Below are positions 61,775 through 64,000 of a stretch of 64,000 nucleotides of DNA, in pieces. The notes under the pieces are model-generated. The model saw only the letters and a program-made list of their open reading frames with translations, was not told where the DNA came from and searched no databases. The DNA comes from Amaricoccus sp. (GTDB lineage: Bacteria; Pseudomonadota; Alphaproteobacteria; Rhodobacterales; Rhodobacteraceae). The position numbers and the translations under genes are program-made. Positions within the stretch are counted from its first letter, which is position 1. Each line of letters starts with the position of its first letter. The stretch spans positions 4,617 through 68,616 of the forward strand of contig JBGAJI010000007.1 of the NCBI GenBank assembly GCA_044225035.1, read 5' to 3'.

Positions 61775-63601
61775 TCAGGCCCCGGCCAGATACGTCCGCC
61801 AGTCACCGATCGCGGTGATGTCCCGGGCGCCGTCGGTTGCGGCGGCCTCGCAGACGAAGCCGATCGGGGTGGTGCCGTCCGCCAGCCGCACCCGGCCAAG
61901 GCCCAGCGGCGCCGGGATGCCGGACAGGAAGCTGCCCAGTTCCGCCAGCGGGATCGCCCAGACCTCGACCGCGACGGCGCCGCCGGTGCCGTCGGCCACC
62001 CGCACCATGCCGGGGCGTTCGGGCGGGCCGCCGGGCAGGGCATAGAAGCGGTAGTCCGGGGTCGAGACGGTGGCGCGCAGGAAGCGCGCGCCCCGCGACG
62101 TCAGCTGGTGGTTCAGCGGCAGCCCGGCCAGATGGGCGCCGCAGACCGCGATCTCGGCCTCGCCCGGCCCGGCCGCCGGGACGGGCTCGGGCGTCGCAGG
62201 CCGCGCCCAGCCGGTGGCGCCCAGGGTCCGCTCTCCCCAGGCCTCGATCCTTGTGCCGATGTCGGCCAGCAGCCGGTCGCGCCCGGCCGGTGCCAGCAGG
62301 GTGACGCTGCCCGGCCGCCCGTCGGGCCGCGCCGGGGTCGGCACCGCCAGCCCGCACATGTCCAGGAGGTTGACGAAGTTGGTATAGGTCCCGAAGCGCG
62401 AATTCGGCCCCACCGGGTCGGCGGCCAGCTCGGCGCGGGTCGCGAAGGTCGGGAAGGTCGGCACGCAAAGGCAGTCGACCGTGCCCAGCACCGGGCGCAC
62501 CTTGTGGCGCAATTCGGTCAGGCGATAGAGGCCGCGGAACGTGTCGGTGGCGCTGATCCCCAGTGCCTTCGCGACGATCCCGCGCACCGTCGGGTCGATC
62601 GCGTCGGGGTCGCTGGCCATCAGGTCAGCAATGACCGTGTGCCGCTCGGCCACCCACGGCCCGTCATAGAGCAGCTGCGCCACCTCGTAGAGCGGGGCGA
62701 AGTCGATCGGCACCAGCGTCGCGCCCTCGGCCGCGAGACCCTCGCAGGCGGCGGCGAACATCGCGGCCTGTGCCGCGTCGCCGAAGAAGCGGAGGCTGGC
62801 GGCGTCGGGCACGCCGATCCGCAGACCCGCCGGCACCGGGGCAGGCGGCGCCAGCACCGCGGGCCGGCCGCGGGCATCCTCGGGGTCAGGGACCGCCATG
62901 GCGGCGAAGCCGGTCCAGGCATCGGCCACGGTCAGGGCGAAGACCGACACGGTGTCCAGCGTCGCGCAGGCCGGTACCACCCCGACCGAAGACAGCGCCC
63001 CAAGGCTGGGCTTCAGGCCGACGATGTTGTTGAGGCCCGCCGGCACCCGGCCAGATCCGGCCGTGTCGGTGCCGAGCGCCAGCGCGACGCAGCCCCGGGC
63101 CACGGCCACGCCCGACCCGGACGACGACCCGCCCGGCACGATCTCGGGGTCAAGCGCGTTGATCGGGACAGCATAGGGCGTGCGCACGCCCACCAGCCCG
63201 GTCGCGAACTGGTCGAGGTTGGTCTTGCCGACGATCAGCGCCCCGGCCGCGCGCAGGCGCGCGACGACCCAGGAATCCCGGTCGGGCCAGTAGAGCCAGG
63301 CCGGGCAGGCGGCGGTGGTGGGGAAGCCTTCCGCGTCGATGTTGTCCTTCACCGCGACCGGCACGCCCCAGAGCGGCCGTGCGGGATCGAAGGCGCCAAG
63401 CGCCCTTGCCTGTTCGGCCAGCGCCTCGGGCGTGGCCAGCGAGATGAACATGCCGGGATCGCCCGAGGCGGCGATTCGGCGCAGCGATTCCGCCGCCACC
63501 GCCTCGGGAGACAGGCCCGCGACATAGGCCGCGCGAAGGGAAGGCAGGGTGAAGGGAACATCCGTCACCGCCTCAAACTCGTCACTCGTACCGCTCGTCA
63601 T
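61775..63601 (-). CDS. atzF: Allophanate hydrolase
   Basis: VKDNID, GKTNLDQFATGLVG, GGSSSGS, GTDTAGSGRVP, YTNFVNLLD, C-terminal VCGAHLAG.PLN. Confidence 0.93.
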   Translation of the reverse strand: MTSGTSDEFEAVTDVPFTLPSLRAAYVAGLSPEAVAAESLRRIAASGDPGMFISLATPEALAEQARALGAFDPARPLWGVPVAVKDNIDAEGFPTTAACPAWLYWPDRDSWVVARLRAAGALIVGKTNLDQFATGLVGVRTPYAVPINALDPEIVPGGSSSGSGVAVARGCVALALGTDTAGSGRVPAGLNNIVGLKPSLGALSSVGVVPACATLDTVSVFALTVADAWTGFAAMAVPDPEDARGRPAVLAPPAPVPAGLRIGVPDAASLRFFGDAAQAAMFAAACEGLAAEGATLVPIDFAPLYEVAQLLYDGPWVAERHTVIADLMASDPDAIDPTVRGIVAKALGISATDTFRGLYRLTELRHKVRPVLGTVDCLCVPTFPTFATRAELAADPVGPNSRFGTYTNFVNLLDMCGLAVPTPARPDGRPGSVTLLAPAGRDRLLADIGTRIEAWGERTLGATGWARPATPEPVPAAGPGEAEIAVCGAHLAGLPLNHQLTSRGARFLRATVSTPDYRFYALPGGPPERPGMVRVADGTGGAVAVEVWAIPLAELGSFLSGIPAPLGLGRVRLADGTTPIGFVCEAAATDGARDITAIGDWRTYLAGA

Positions 63602-63663
63602 TCCTGCTTCGGCCCACCCGGTTGCGCAGCGCGACCTTGCGCCATGGCGGCGCTGCGTTCTAT

Positions 63664-63698
63664 TGCTGATTTCGCACCGGTCCGCTGCCGGATTTGCA
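63664..63698. promoter_or_regulatory. Tandem LysR-type T-N11-A boxes
   Basis: TGC-N7-GCA at 63664-63676 and 63686-63698 in the atzF/lysR divergent spacer. Confidence 0.65.
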
Positions 63699-63716
63699 GC
63701 ACGGAAAGGCCCCGGC

Positions 63717-64000
63717 ATGCGGCACCTCCTGACGCTGGAACTGATCGAGCAGGTCGCACAGGCGGGATCGATCCGCCAGGCCGCCGAGGACATGAACATC
63801 ACCTCGTCGGCGCTGAACCGCCGCATCCAGGCCTTCGAGGAGGAACTGGGCACGCCGATCTTCGAACGCCTGCCCCGGGGCGTGCGGCTGAATCCGGCGG
63901 GGGAATTGCTGGTCCAGCACATCCAGGCACAGCGCGCCGATCTGGCGCGGGTGCGCAGCCAGATCTCGGACCTGTCCGGCGTGCGCCGCGGCCATGTGAG
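63717..64000 (+). CDS. LysR family transcriptional regulator (truncated by window end)
   Basis: MRHLLTLELIEQVAQAGSIRQAAEDMNITSSALNRRIQAFEEELGTPIFERLPRGVRLNPAG, a LysR HTH. Confidence 0.93.
   Translation, partial: MRHLLTLELIEQVAQAGSIRQAAEDMNITSSALNRRIQAFEEELGTPIFERLPRGVRLNPAGELLVQHIQAQRADLARVRSQISDLSGVRRGHV

Overview
GC-rich alphaproteobacterial chromosome segment whose gene order (cckA-recA-alaS, purEK, miaB-phoH-ybeY-corC-lnt-trmB-aroA) points to Rhodobacteraceae. It opens with a truncated IS481-family element, followed by housekeeping genes. About 18.3-32.2 kb is a lanthanide-type methanol/formaldehyde oxidation island. It holds xoxF-xoxG-xoxJ, GSH-dependent formaldehyde dehydrogenase, a PQQ-associated ABC/beta-propeller transporter, and a set of poorly understood Cys-containing periplasmic proteins (SoxYZ-like carrier, MBL-fold hydrolase, CXXCW rhodanese, several hypotheticals). 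Downstream lie rlmJ, phnM/DUF1045, dps, an MprF-like protein with a degenerate synthase domain next to a glycosyltransferase, MFS transporters, stress genes with EcfG-type promoters, dcp, mucR, a radical SAM gene between miaB and phoH, glpD-glpK, and atzF with a divergent LysR. The most notable observations are: (i) a 4-Cys mini-domain present both free-standing and fused to the MBL hydrolase in the xox island; (ii) an identical 15-bp palindromic site before two xox-island operons; (iii) an intact but catalytically eroded MprF; and (iv) an (ATCGGG)12 G-quadruplex-type microsatellite upstream of alaS. The many indels at 49-57 kb look like sequencing or consensus errors. All calls come from reading motifs by eye; no database searches were run.
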